Source of the DNA: Pseudomonadota bacterium
GTDB taxonomy: Bacteria; Pseudomonadota; Gammaproteobacteria; Xanthomonadales; Xanthomonadaceae
Reading direction: 5' to 3'
NCBI GenBank assembly: GCA_018242425.1
Contig: JAFEBX010000004.1
Span: 223,032 to 287,031 of the forward strand
DNA: 64,000 nt
Translations under genes and position numbers: made by a program
In this document: positions 22,129 through 30,602 of the stretch, piece by piece
How positions within the stretch are numbered: position 1 is the first letter of the stretch
How the letters are laid out: every line of letters begins with the position of its first letter
The notes under the pieces: model-generated
The model's input: only the letters and a program-made list of their open reading frames with translations
Database searches by the model: none
Told to the model about the DNA's origin: nothing

Positions 22129-22244
22129 GGCAGCGACACCAGGGGGAATGGCGCGCAGGTTAGGCCGACGACCGGCACTTGATAAGCCGGCAATTCAGGG
22201 AATAATTATCCCGTGATCGGTCCAATTCAAACGAGACACTCCAC

Positions 22245-23294
22245 ATGACCCGCGATCTCAATGACACCCTGGTCTTCGTCAAGGTGGTCGAACACGGCAG
22301 CTTCATCTCCGCGGCGCGCTCGCTGCGCCTGCCCAAGACCACCGTCAGCCGCAAGGTGCAGGAATTGGAAACGCGCCTCGGCGCGCAGCTGCTGCACCGG
22401 ACGACGCGCAAGCTCGGCCTGACCGAAGCCGGCAACATCTATTTCGAACATTGCCAACGCATCGCGCGCGAGCTCGACGAAGCCGAAAGCGCCGTCGGCC
22501 AGCTTCAGAGCGGTCCGCGTGGCTGGCTGCGTTTCACCGCGCCCTACTCGCTCGGCACCGAGAAGATCGCGCCACTGCTCGGCGAGTTCCACGAGCGCCA
22601 TCCCGAAGTGCGCGTGGAAATGCACCTGAGCAATGAACCGCTCGACCTGATCGACAAGGAGATCGACGTCGCCCTGCGTGTCGGCAGCCTGCCCGACTCC
22701 AATCTCGTCGCGCGCCGGCTGGCGACTTTCCGCACCCAGGTATTCGCCAGCGCCGAATACATCCGCCGCCATGGCGAGCCGCTGCATCCCGACGACCTGG
22801 TGCACCACTCCGTGCTGGCATTCACCAAATCGCGCCGCAACGGCAACGAGTTCACGTGGACACTGGGCGATGGCGAACGCACCGCTGACTTCCGCATCGA
22901 GCCCGTCTTCGTCGCCAATGATTACGGCGCGTTGCGGGGCGCCCTGTTGTGTGGCGAGGGCATGATGATGGCGGCTGACGTGATGATGAAACCGCTGGTC
23001 GAGAATGGTCTCGTGCAGCGCGTGCTGGCCGGCTGGACCGGACCCGAATTCGAATTCAACGCGGTGTTCCCGCGCGGGATGACGCAATCACCGAAGGTGC
23101 GCGCATTCGTCGACTTCCTGGTCGAACGCTTCAGCTTCGACGTCGATTTCATGAACCAGCTGTGCCCGATCCTCAAGCGCAAACAGGAACAGGAGCAGGC
23201 GCGCGAGGATGCCGTGCAGCGACAGGCGGCCTGGCTGGTGCCTACCGCCGCGCAGGAAACGGTTGAAACGATCGAGGAAGGCGCGTTGGCCTGA
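22245..23294 (+). CDS. LysR family regulator (SmeRv-like), divergent from the efflux operon
   Basis: DLNDTLVFVKVVEHGSFISAARSL...LLHRTTRKLGLTEAG. Confidence 0.93.
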   Translation: MTRDLNDTLVFVKVVEHGSFISAARSLRLPKTTVSRKVQELETRLGAQLLHRTTRKLGLTEAGNIYFEHCQRIARELDEAESAVGQLQSGPRGWLRFTAPYSLGTEKIAPLLGEFHERHPEVRVEMHLSNEPLDLIDKEIDVALRVGSLPDSNLVARRLATFRTQVFASAEYIRRHGEPLHPDDLVHHSVLAFTKSRRNGNEFTWTLGDGERTADFRIEPVFVANDYGALRGALLCGEGMMMAADVMMKPLVENGLVQRVLAGWTGPEFEFNAVFPRGMTQSPKVRAFVDFLVERFSFDVDFMNQLCPILKRKQEQEQAREDAVQRQAAWLVPTAAQETVETIEEGALA

Positions 23295-23304
23295 GACCGG
23301 GGAT

Positions 23305-23901
23305 TCAGCCACCGGGGTGCGCGAGCACGCGCATGAAGTGACCGGCCGCTCCCGGAACTGCCAGCAACACCGCGAGCACGCCGAACGCCGCGCCCCAGAG
23401 GTGGGCGCTGTGGTTGACGTTGTCGCTGCCGCGGCGATCCATCCAGATCGACCAGGCGACATACAGCACCGCGTAGATGATCGCCGGGATGCCGAACGCG
23501 CCGTAGAGATAGATCTTCTCCCACGGAGCGACCACGATGAAGGCGAACAGGCAGGCTGACACCGCACCCGACGCGCCGAGGCTGCGGTAGCCGGCGTCGT
23601 TGCGATGGGAAAGATAGGTCGGCAGGATCGAGACCACCAGCGCCGCGAGATAGAACACCACGAAACCGAGCGAACCGAACAATCGTTCCACTACCCGCCC
23701 GAAGAAGTACAGGGTGAACATGTTGAAGAACAGGTGCATGCCGTCGGCATGGATGAAGCCGTAGGTCACGAGGCGGTCGTACTGCCTGCTGCGGTTGATC
23801 GCCGGCGGCCACAAAATGAGGCGCGACATCAGCGTCGGCTTCTGCCATGCCAGATAGGACACCACGACGGTGATGGCGACGACGACGATGGTCATGAACA
23901 T
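23305..23901 (-). CDS. Rhomboid family intramembrane serine protease
   Basis: HLFFNM, GASG catalytic motif, AHLWGA; start placed at ATG 23901. Confidence 0.9.
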   Translation of the reverse strand: MFMTIVVVAITVVVSYLAWQKPTLMSRLILWPPAINRSRQYDRLVTYGFIHADGMHLFFNMFTLYFFGRVVERLFGSLGFVVFYLAALVVSILPTYLSHRNDAGYRSLGASGAVSACLFAFIVVAPWEKIYLYGAFGIPAIIYAVLYVAWSIWMDRRGSDNVNHSAHLWGAAFGVLAVLLAVPGAAGHFMRVLAHPGG

Positions 23902-23953
23902 GCGGGGTGATCCGGTGGATATATCGGCGACATCATGCCCTAACATCCGTCGC

Positions 23954-24481
23954 ATGGAGCTGAGACTGCCCGCGCCGCACGAAGAAACCGAGTTCCGGCG
24001 CACGATCGCGGCGATCCCCGCCGACCACCCGACCTTCCTGCATTTCCATCGCGCGGGCATGTCGCTTGCGGAGTATCTCGACGTGCTGCGGAAACAGGCA
24101 CTGGGCATCGACCCCGCACCGGGCCGCGAAGTGCCATCCACCTTCCTGTTCGCCTTCGTCGATGGCCGCATCGTCGGGCGCGCATCGATCCGCCACAGCC
24201 TGGATCATCCCCTGGGCCCGATGACGGGACACATCGGTTATGCAGTGCTGCCGGAATTCCGCGGTCGCGGCCACGCAACCGACATCCTGCGCCTCGCGCT
24301 GGGGCATGCACGCGAACAGATCGGAATCCAGCACGTCCTCGTGACCTGCGACCCGGGGAATACCGCTTCGATCCACGTCATCGAGAAGAACGGCGGCGTG
24401 TTCGCAGACGAACGCCACGACAGCGCAACCGGAATGCGCAAGCGACGCTACTGGATCGATGTGCTGCCCTATGATGGATGA
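23954..24481 (+). CDS. GNAT family N-acetyltransferase
   Basis: GHIGYAVLPEFRGRGHAT, LVTCDPGNTASIHVIEKNGG; start at ATG 23954. Confidence 0.85.
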   Translation: MELRLPAPHEETEFRRTIAAIPADHPTFLHFHRAGMSLAEYLDVLRKQALGIDPAPGREVPSTFLFAFVDGRIVGRASIRHSLDHPLGPMTGHIGYAVLPEFRGRGHATDILRLALGHAREQIGIQHVLVTCDPGNTASIHVIEKNGGVFADERHDSATGMRKRRYWIDVLPYDG

Positions 24482-24510
24482 CGACAACGACGATTCGCGA
24501 CAGGACACCG

Positions 24511-25164
24511 ATGAGCAGCGATCTCCCCGACATCTACACCGAGCAGGAAGATTATTCGCCCGACACCCTGGCGAACCTCGGCCCGCTGCGGCGACTCGCC
24601 GGCGATTGGCGATCCGACAAGGGCGTCGACATCAATCCCAAGGCCGAAGGTCCGGAACACCGCGTCTACAGCGAATACATCCGCATGCAACCGATCGATC
24701 CGCAGTCGAACGGCCCGCAACTGTTGTACGGACTGCGCTACCACCTCCACATCAATACGCCGGAAGAGGAGATCACCTTCCACGACCAGGTCGGCTACTG
24801 GCTGTGGGAGCCCGCGACCGGGCTGATCATGCAGAGCCTGACCATTCCGCGCGGACAGGCGCTGCTGGCGGGCGGCACCGCACATCCCGATGACAAGCGC
24901 ATCTCGGTGGAAGCGCGCCGCGGCGACACCCGTTTCGGCATTTGCTCGACCACGTTCCTGGAAGAAGCGTTCCGCACCGACTACTACCGCATCGACATCG
25001 ATTTCCACGATGACGACAGCTGGACCTATGTCACCCGCACCGACCTCGCCATCCGCGGCAAGACCCCGGCGTTCGACCATCGCGATACCAACACGATGCG
25101 GCGCATCGCCCAGCCCAAGCCGAATCCGCTGGTGAATCCGGCGATCCGCGAAACCGGAGAATAG
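24511..25164 (+). CDS. FABP/nitrobindin-like (DUF1794) heme-binding beta-barrel protein
   Basis: LGPLRRLAGDW, LLYGLRYH, FHDQVGYWLW, FDHRDTNTM. Confidence 0.7.
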   Translation: MSSDLPDIYTEQEDYSPDTLANLGPLRRLAGDWRSDKGVDINPKAEGPEHRVYSEYIRMQPIDPQSNGPQLLYGLRYHLHINTPEEEITFHDQVGYWLWEPATGLIMQSLTIPRGQALLAGGTAHPDDKRISVEARRGDTRFGICSTTFLEEAFRTDYYRIDIDFHDDDSWTYVTRTDLAIRGKTPAFDHRDTNTMRRIAQPKPNPLVNPAIRETGE

Positions 25165-25171
25165 CGGGCCA

Positions 25172-25951
25172 TCACGATTTCAAACGAAATTGCCGGCGCG
25201 CTTCATCGGCGATGGGGTGCAGCTTTGTTGCCGTTTCAGGTCCACCGACGAGGCTGTAACCCATCCCGTTCTCTGCCCATGCAAAGCTCAAGGCATCGCC
25301 CCTGCGATGCCTGGCCATGGGTGCGTTCTGATCGGCATGCACCATGGGCCGCATGAACACTGCGATGCGACTGCCCTGCGCGTTGTCGTACATGAGCAGG
25401 CCCGCCGGCCCGTGTCCGGTGGCAACGACCCGCCCTCCGATGAAGCGATAACCGGCAGTGGAAAGGTCCGGCAACGAGATGGGCCTCGCAAGGCGATCCT
25501 CGACCCAGCGGACCAGCGTCGCGCTGTCGGCTGCCGGAATTTCGACAGGGTGACCAAGGTCCGAAGCGAACACGGCGTAAGCGTCGTTGGCCTCTTCGGC
25601 GAGCGCGCCGATGCCGACGCGGTCATCGGTGGCAGCGCCACGCAGCACCCAGCCGCCGCCGGCTCCCGCGAGCACAAGAAGACACGCCGCAGCGGAAGCG
25701 CGCCAGTCCGACCAACGCGACCTGCGCCGGGACAACACCATCTGGCCAAGATTCAGCTGCGGCGGCACCGGCTCGGCCACGACGGGCCCGAGCGCCGCAC
25801 GCAATGCGTCACGCTGCTGGCCAAACCGCGCAACGCGTTCGGCGACCTCGGGATTCCGCGCAAGGTACGCCTCCACTTCGGCACAGCGGGCGGCGGGAAG
25901 CAGCCCATCGACATAGGCGTGGAGATCGTCCTCGGAGATGGGGCGACTCAT
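25172..25951 (-). CDS. Transmembrane anti-sigma factor (PrtR-like)
   Basis: ISEDDLHAYVDGLL N-terminus, one TM segment, PDLSTAGYRFIGGR; coupled to the ECF sigma gene. Confidence 0.85.
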   Translation of the reverse strand: MSRPISEDDLHAYVDGLLPAARCAEVEAYLARNPEVAERVARFGQQRDALRAALGPVVAEPVPPQLNLGQMVLSRRRSRWSDWRASAAACLLVLAGAGGGWVLRGAATDDRVGIGALAEEANDAYAVFASDLGHPVEIPAADSATLVRWVEDRLARPISLPDLSTAGYRFIGGRVVATGHGPAGLLMYDNAQGSRIAVFMRPMVHADQNAPMARHRRGDALSFAWAENGMGYSLVGGPETATKLHPIADEARRQFRLKS

Positions 25952-26478
25952 TTGATCCTCCTCAGGACCGGTGTGGCGTCCGCTGTCCGCGACAGCCCTT
26001 CTTCCAGCAGCCGGGACAACCGATACCGCGCACGCGACAACCGCGACATCACGGTGCCCAGCGGAATGTCCAGCACCGCCGCCGTCTCGGCATAGGACAG
26101 GTCCTCGACGGAGACCAGCAGCAACACGCAGCGCTGGTCTTCGGGCAGCGAATCCAGCGCTGCGAGGACCGCGCGGACATGCAGGCCGTCTTCCTGCGTC
26201 GGTGCGGTGGCGAAAGCGGTTTCGTCAACGTCCTCGATGGCCAGCGGTACGCCACGACGCACCTTCCGTTTCAATTGATTGATGGCGAGGTTGTGCAGGA
26301 TGGTGAAGACCCAGGTCCGTGCATCGCCATCGCTGCGTCGCTGGTGCCAGCGACTGATCACGCGTTCGAGGCAATCCTGCACGAGATCATCCGCCGCCGC
26401 GCGATCACGCAACAGGCTGCGCGCATAGCGCCGCAGTGCGGGGATCATCGGCTCGACGATGGCCATCATGTCCTGCAA
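25948..26478 (-). CDS. ECF RNA polymerase sigma factor
   Basis: LRRYARSL...ADDLVQDCLE, WVFTILHN, GTVMSRLSRAR. Confidence 0.92.
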   Translation of the reverse strand: MQDMMAIVEPMIPALRRYARSLLRDRAAADDLVQDCLERVISRWHQRRSDGDARTWVFTILHNLAINQLKRKVRRGVPLAIEDVDETAFATAPTQEDGLHVRAVLAALDSLPEDQRCVLLLVSVEDLSYAETAAVLDIPLGTVMSRLSRARYRLSRLLEEGLSRTADATPVLRRIK

Positions 26479-26502
26479 GCACGTCCTCCGCGAGCACCGC
26501 TC

Positions 26503-27969
26503 TCACTGTATCTGCGATTGCACCTGGACCGGCGGACCGTGTTCGGACGCAGTGCCGGGCACGATCACGAGATAGCGCGACTGTTCGCCGGCATTGCCGC
26601 TCACCACCTGCCGGATCGGACCAAGCGCATTGACGACAGCCGAGCCCGCCGGATTGGCCTTGAAACCCGCCAGCGGCTCGATCCGTCCGGAGCCGTCAGG
26701 CCGCTCGGCCAGTCCGAGGACGTAAGACTTGCCCGGTTCCAGTCCGGAGACGCCCGCCTGCAGCACCTGGATCAGGCCTTGGTCGAAGAGCGAAACGCTG
26801 GTCGGCGCGGTTGAACGCTGCGTCGAACCCAACGCATTGAGCGCAAGTTGAACTGCCTTCCCGGCAAGCCCGAGTGGTTGCAGGCCGACGACCGGATCGC
26901 CTCCCTTCACTGCGTCGGGAACATACACCACCGCCTGCGGTGCCTGTCCCACCGGGATTTCCGCGACCACGCGTTGCGTCGAGGTGTCGATCGCCGCGAT
27001 CGCGTCCGCGTTCTCCAATCCGACATACATGCGGCTGCCGTCGCCCGACGGCCACAACCCGTGCGGCAGCTTCCCGACCGGGATCGTCGCCACCTGCTCG
27101 AACGTATCGGTGCGGAACACCTTGACCGCGTTGAGTCCACCGATGGTGACGTAGGCAAATGTTCCTGCTGCCGTCCGCGTGAAGTTGACATGGTTGGTGA
27201 GCGGGCCGGTGTCGATCGTGCGGATCACGCGGAACGGCGGTCGCGCATCAAAGACCATCACCCGGCCGATGTCCTTCAGCGTCAGCCACACCTGCCGACC
27301 GTCGGGAGTCGCAGCAATGTTCGGACAGAACGGTGAATCCTGTTTCACTCGCCCGACGATCTGGTGATCGGCGACCCGGATCACGACTGTTTCGGCGGTG
27401 AAGGAAGAACACACGTAGCCATACTCGCCATCCGGGGAAAAGATCTGCATGCCCGGTCCTGCGGGAACGCGCACGCGCCGTTTTTCCCGGTAGGTCGTCG
27501 GATCGATGACCGCGATGTAGTCCTCACCGCGCACCGTGACCCACAATTCGCGGCCATCCGGCGTGAAGAACGCCTCGTGCGGCGAACGCCCCAGGTACGT
27601 CGTCGCCTTGACCGCATTGGTGGCGATATCGATGAAGGTCACCGAGTTGGAGCCGATCGAGACTGCGGCCAGCGTCTTGCCGTCCGGCGAGAAACCGAGG
27701 CCGTGCACCAGCACCTGGCCACGATAGAGCGGACTCAGGCTGGCGGGTTGCGGATCGCCGAGCCGGATCACGCCCAGCAGTTGGTTCCGGGCCGGATCGA
27801 TGACCGACACGGTGTTGGAAAACTGCTCGGCGGCATAAAGCCGGTCGCTGGAAGAAACGGGAATGTTTGCGGCGGCGGCTGCGCGGGGCGCCTGGCCTGC
27901 ATTTGCGGGTGCGAAGGCAGCCATCGTCGAGGCGGCCAGGAACAGCATTGCGAGGAAGCCATGGCGCAT
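26503..27969 (-). CDS. Secreted YncE/YVTN beta-propeller protein
   Basis: Signal peptide, repeated SPDG/TPDG blades, VGKLPHGLWPSGDG; start at ATG 27969. Confidence 0.82.
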   Translation of the reverse strand: MRHGFLAMLFLAASTMAAFAPANAGQAPRAAAAANIPVSSSDRLYAAEQFSNTVSVIDPARNQLLGVIRLGDPQPASLSPLYRGQVLVHGLGFSPDGKTLAAVSIGSNSVTFIDIATNAVKATTYLGRSPHEAFFTPDGRELWVTVRGEDYIAVIDPTTYREKRRVRVPAGPGMQIFSPDGEYGYVCSSFTAETVVIRVADHQIVGRVKQDSPFCPNIAATPDGRQVWLTLKDIGRVMVFDARPPFRVIRTIDTGPLTNHVNFTRTAAGTFAYVTIGGLNAVKVFRTDTFEQVATIPVGKLPHGLWPSGDGSRMYVGLENADAIAAIDTSTQRVVAEIPVGQAPQAVVYVPDAVKGGDPVVGLQPLGLAGKAVQLALNALGSTQRSTAPTSVSLFDQGLIQVLQAGVSGLEPGKSYVLGLAERPDGSGRIEPLAGFKANPAGSAVVNALGPIRQVVSGNAGEQSRYLVIVPGTASEHGPPVQVQSQIQ

Positions 27970-27970
27970 G

Positions 27971-28375
27971 TCAGTGCTCCTTGTGCGTGACGTTGTCGGC
28001 GATCGCCAGGCGCATCGCCTGGATCTCGTCCAGCTGGGTGACGATGATTTCCTGCGCCAGCCGTCGCACCGTTTCATCCCGGCTCGATCTCAACACCGCG
28101 CGCGCCATGTCGATGGCACCCTGGTGGTGCGGAATCATCATCGCCACGAAATCGCGGTCGACATCACCGGTTGGCGCGACATGCATCGCCGTCATCATGC
28201 GCTCCATCGCCTTGTCGTTTTCTGCGAGGAAGGCAGCAGCCTCCGGTGACAGCGCGGCGTGGCCAGCCTGTCCAACATGGCCAGCGTGGTGCGCGTCCTG
28301 CGCCGTTGCCGGAAACGTCACCGCAGCAGCGATGCCGATCGCGAGGATGGCACTCGCCTGAGTGATGGTCTTCAT
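27971..28375 (-). CDS. DUF305 (CopM-like) secreted Met/His-rich protein
   Basis: Signal peptide, GDVDRDFVAMMIPHHQGAIDMA motif. Confidence 0.88.
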   Translation of the reverse strand: MKTITQASAILAIGIAAAVTFPATAQDAHHAGHVGQAGHAALSPEAAAFLAENDKAMERMMTAMHVAPTGDVDRDFVAMMIPHHQGAIDMARAVLRSSRDETVRRLAQEIIVTQLDEIQAMRLAIADNVTHKEH

Positions 28376-28412
28376 GGTTGAACCTCAATGCGCAGTGGAT
28401 GCGTTATTGAGG

Positions 28413-28439
28413 TAGACAACCCCGGCCGGTGGTTATTCC
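28413..28439 (-). promoter_or_regulatory. Putative ECF-sigma promoter upstream of DUF305
   Basis: GGAATAA (28439-28433), 15 nt, then GTCTA (28417-28413) on the minus strand. Confidence 0.5.
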
Positions 28440-28502
28440 CTTGCGGCCGAAATTTTTCCGGCCGGACCGGCACCGGAAATCCGACTGGCGCGCAAAAGAA
28501 AA

Positions 28503-28522
28503 AACCAGCCTTGCGGCTGGTT
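28503..28522 (-). terminator. tRNA-Arg terminator
   Basis: AACCAGCC / GGCTGGTT stem followed by a T-rich tract on the minus strand. Confidence 0.8.
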
Positions 28523-28532
28523 CAGTCTTTAA

Positions 28533-28609
28533 TGGCGCGCCCGGAGCGATTCGAACGCCCGACCCCCAAGTTCGTAGCCTGGTGCTCTATCCAACTGAGC
28601 TACGGGCGC
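28533..28609 (-). tRNA. tRNA-Arg(ACG)
   Basis: 77-nt cloverleaf GCGCCCG...GTTCGAATC...GCCA; anticodon arm CCAGG-CT-ACG-AA-CTTGG. Confidence 0.97.
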
Positions 28610-29193
28610 GCTGAGCCGGTCATTATGCAGATCCGGACAGGAGGCGTCAACGGCCAGGCCATCCAGGCCACGGCGGCCAGCACCTGGGCCCAGCCGCCGA
28701 GCAGGACCGGAAGGACGATCGCGGCCACGAGCCACAGTACGGCCAGTACGCCCATCAGCCCGCGCCGGCCTTTCGCGGCTCCGATCACCAGCGCCACGGC
28801 CGCAGCCGCCACCGCGATCAACCACAGCATCCACAGGGCCGCATGGTGCTGGCCGCCTTCGCCCGCAAGATCGCCGGCATCGATCGGGAACAGGCCCAAC
28901 GCGAGCCACGCCAAGGCGGCGATGGCCAACAGCCACAGGGCGATTCCGGCCACCATCCCGGAGTGATCGCGCGCCTGCCAGCGCCGCCACAACGCCGCAA
29001 CCAGCAGTGCAGCCCCCGGAACGATGAAGGCCAGCAGGTTGAAGACGCCCGCACCCGCCATCCCCTTCGCACCGGGAATGGCCAGCGCGTGTCGCGGCGT
29101 CCACTCGCCGGCATGTCCACCCCATACCAACGCCAGCACGAATGCCGCGATCGCTGTGACGCCCATCCAACGGTCGAAACGATTCCGGTTCAT
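28600..29193 (-). CDS. Integral membrane protein, DUF998-like
   Basis: Several hydrophobic helices, HALAIPGA and GLFPIDA motifs; start at ATG 29193; stop overlaps the tRNA. Confidence 0.55.
   Translation of the reverse strand: MNRNRFDRWMGVTAIAAFVLALVWGGHAGEWTPRHALAIPGAKGMAGAGVFNLLAFIVPGAALLVAALWRRWQARDHSGMVAGIALWLLAIAALAWLALGLFPIDAGDLAGEGGQHHAALWMLWLIAVAAAAVALVIGAAKGRRGLMGVLAVLWLVAAIVLPVLLGGWAQVLAAVAWMAWPLTPPVRICIMTGSARP
28622..28650 (-). promoter_or_regulatory. sigma70 promoter of tRNA-Arg
   Basis: TTGACG-N17-CATAAT just upstream of the tRNA 5' end. Confidence 0.75.
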
Positions 29194-29269
29194 CGCGACA
29201 GTCTGCCTTGTCGCAGCCGCCATGACAGCAGGCATGCGATCATTTGCGCCTGTTCCGACGAGGTGATCC

Positions 29270-30124
29270 ATGTCCACGCACGTGCTCGATGTTTCCATGA
29301 CGACCTTCGAGAGCGAGGTGCTGCAGGCATCGATGCAGGGGCCGGTGCTGGTCGATTTCTGGGCCGAATGGTGCGGCCCGTGCAAGTCGCTGACGCCGGT
29401 ACTGGAGAAACTCGCGGCCGAATTCAACGGCGCGTTCACCCTTGCAAAGGTCAACACCGAAAGCGAGCCTGAGATCGCCCAGGCATTCCAGATCCGCTCG
29501 ATCCCGACCGTCTACCTGATCCGCAACGGCCAGCCGGTCGACGGTTTCCAGGGCGCGCTGCCGGAAGGCCAGCTGCGCGAATTCCTCGCCCGCAACGGCA
29601 TCGAGGCAGCTGCAAGCGGCGATGCCGTCGAGGCTGCGCCGGCACCCGTCGATCCGCACGAGGAAGTGGTGCGCCTGCGCATGCTGGCCGAGACCGAAGC
29701 CGACAAGCCCGTGCATCGCCTTGATCTCGCGCTGGCGCTGCTCAAGACCGGCGCTGCGCAGGAAGCGGAATCGTTGCTGGACGCGCTGCCGGCCAATCTC
29801 GCCACCGACGATCGCGCGGTACAGGCGCGCGCGCGCCTCGGCTTCGCCGCACTGCTGAAGGACGCGCCAGCCGCTGCCACGCTGGAACAGGCGATCGCCG
29901 CCAATCCCGGCGACTTGCACGCGCGTCATCTGCTCGGTGCGCACAAGCTGGTGTCGGGCGATGCCGAAGGCGCACTCGAACAGTTCATGGAGATGCTGCG
30001 CCGCGACCGCCAGTTCGAGGACGGCCTGCCGCGCAAGGTTCTGATCGACGCCTTCCGCGTGACCGAGGACGATGACCTCGTGGGCAAGTACCGCCGCCAG
30101 ATGTCGGCCCTGCTGCTGTCCTGA
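29270..30124 (+). CDS. Thioredoxin-TPR chaperedoxin (YbbN/CnoX family)
   Basis: DFWAEWCGPC, IRSIPTV, TPR-like C-terminus ending YRRQMSALL. Confidence 0.9.
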   Translation: MSTHVLDVSMTTFESEVLQASMQGPVLVDFWAEWCGPCKSLTPVLEKLAAEFNGAFTLAKVNTESEPEIAQAFQIRSIPTVYLIRNGQPVDGFQGALPEGQLREFLARNGIEAAASGDAVEAAPAPVDPHEEVVRLRMLAETEADKPVHRLDLALALLKTGAAQEAESLLDALPANLATDDRAVQARARLGFAALLKDAPAAATLEQAIAANPGDLHARHLLGAHKLVSGDAEGALEQFMEMLRRDRQFEDGLPRKVLIDAFRVTEDDDLVGKYRRQMSALLLS

Positions 30125-30125
30125 C

Positions 30126-30593
30126 ATGCGGGTGACGCCAACGCGGCTGCGCCGGGTGATGAACATCTGGCCGCCTTTCCTGTTCACCGGCATCCGCGTC
30201 CGCCACATCGGTGCCGACTGGCGCAGTGCGCGCGTGGTGCTGCGCAAGCGCCCGTGGAACCGCAATTTCGTCAACACCCAGTTCGGCGGCAGCCTGTTCG
30301 CGATGACCGATCCGTTCTGGATGCTGCTGATCATGCATGCCATCGGCAACGACTACTTCGTCTGGGACAAGGCGGCCACGATCGAATTCGTCAAACCCGG
30401 CCGTGGCGACGTGTTCGCGGAATTCCATCTCACCGATACCGACGTCCAGTCGCTGGTCGACGAAGCCGCGTCCGGCGGGAAGGTGCTGCGCTGGTTCGAT
30501 ACAGATGTCGTCGATGGCTCCGGCGAAGTGATCGCGCGCGTGCGCAAGCAGATCTACGTGCGCCGGAAGCCGCACAAGACGGCAACAACGTAA
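30126..30593 (+). CDS. Hot-dog fold thioesterase-like protein (DUF4442/YiiD-like)
   Basis: MNIWPPFLFTGIRV, NTQFGGSLFAMTDPFWM, VWDKAATIEFVKPGR. Confidence 0.8.
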   Translation: MRVTPTRLRRVMNIWPPFLFTGIRVRHIGADWRSARVVLRKRPWNRNFVNTQFGGSLFAMTDPFWMLLIMHAIGNDYFVWDKAATIEFVKPGRGDVFAEFHLTDTDVQSLVDEAASGGKVLRWFDTDVVDGSGEVIARVRKQIYVRRKPHKTATT

Positions 30594-30602
30594 AATCGCG
30601 CC

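Noticed and set aside
23150-23294. C-terminal extension of the LysR regulator
   Set aside because: Low-complexity Gln/Glu/Ala tail; such tails are common and nothing here indicates a function
28486-28493. TGGCGCGC matching the last 8 nt of tRNA-Arg, just beyond its terminator
   Set aside because: Too short and GC-rich to call an att site; no matching copy was found at the far end of the ECF module
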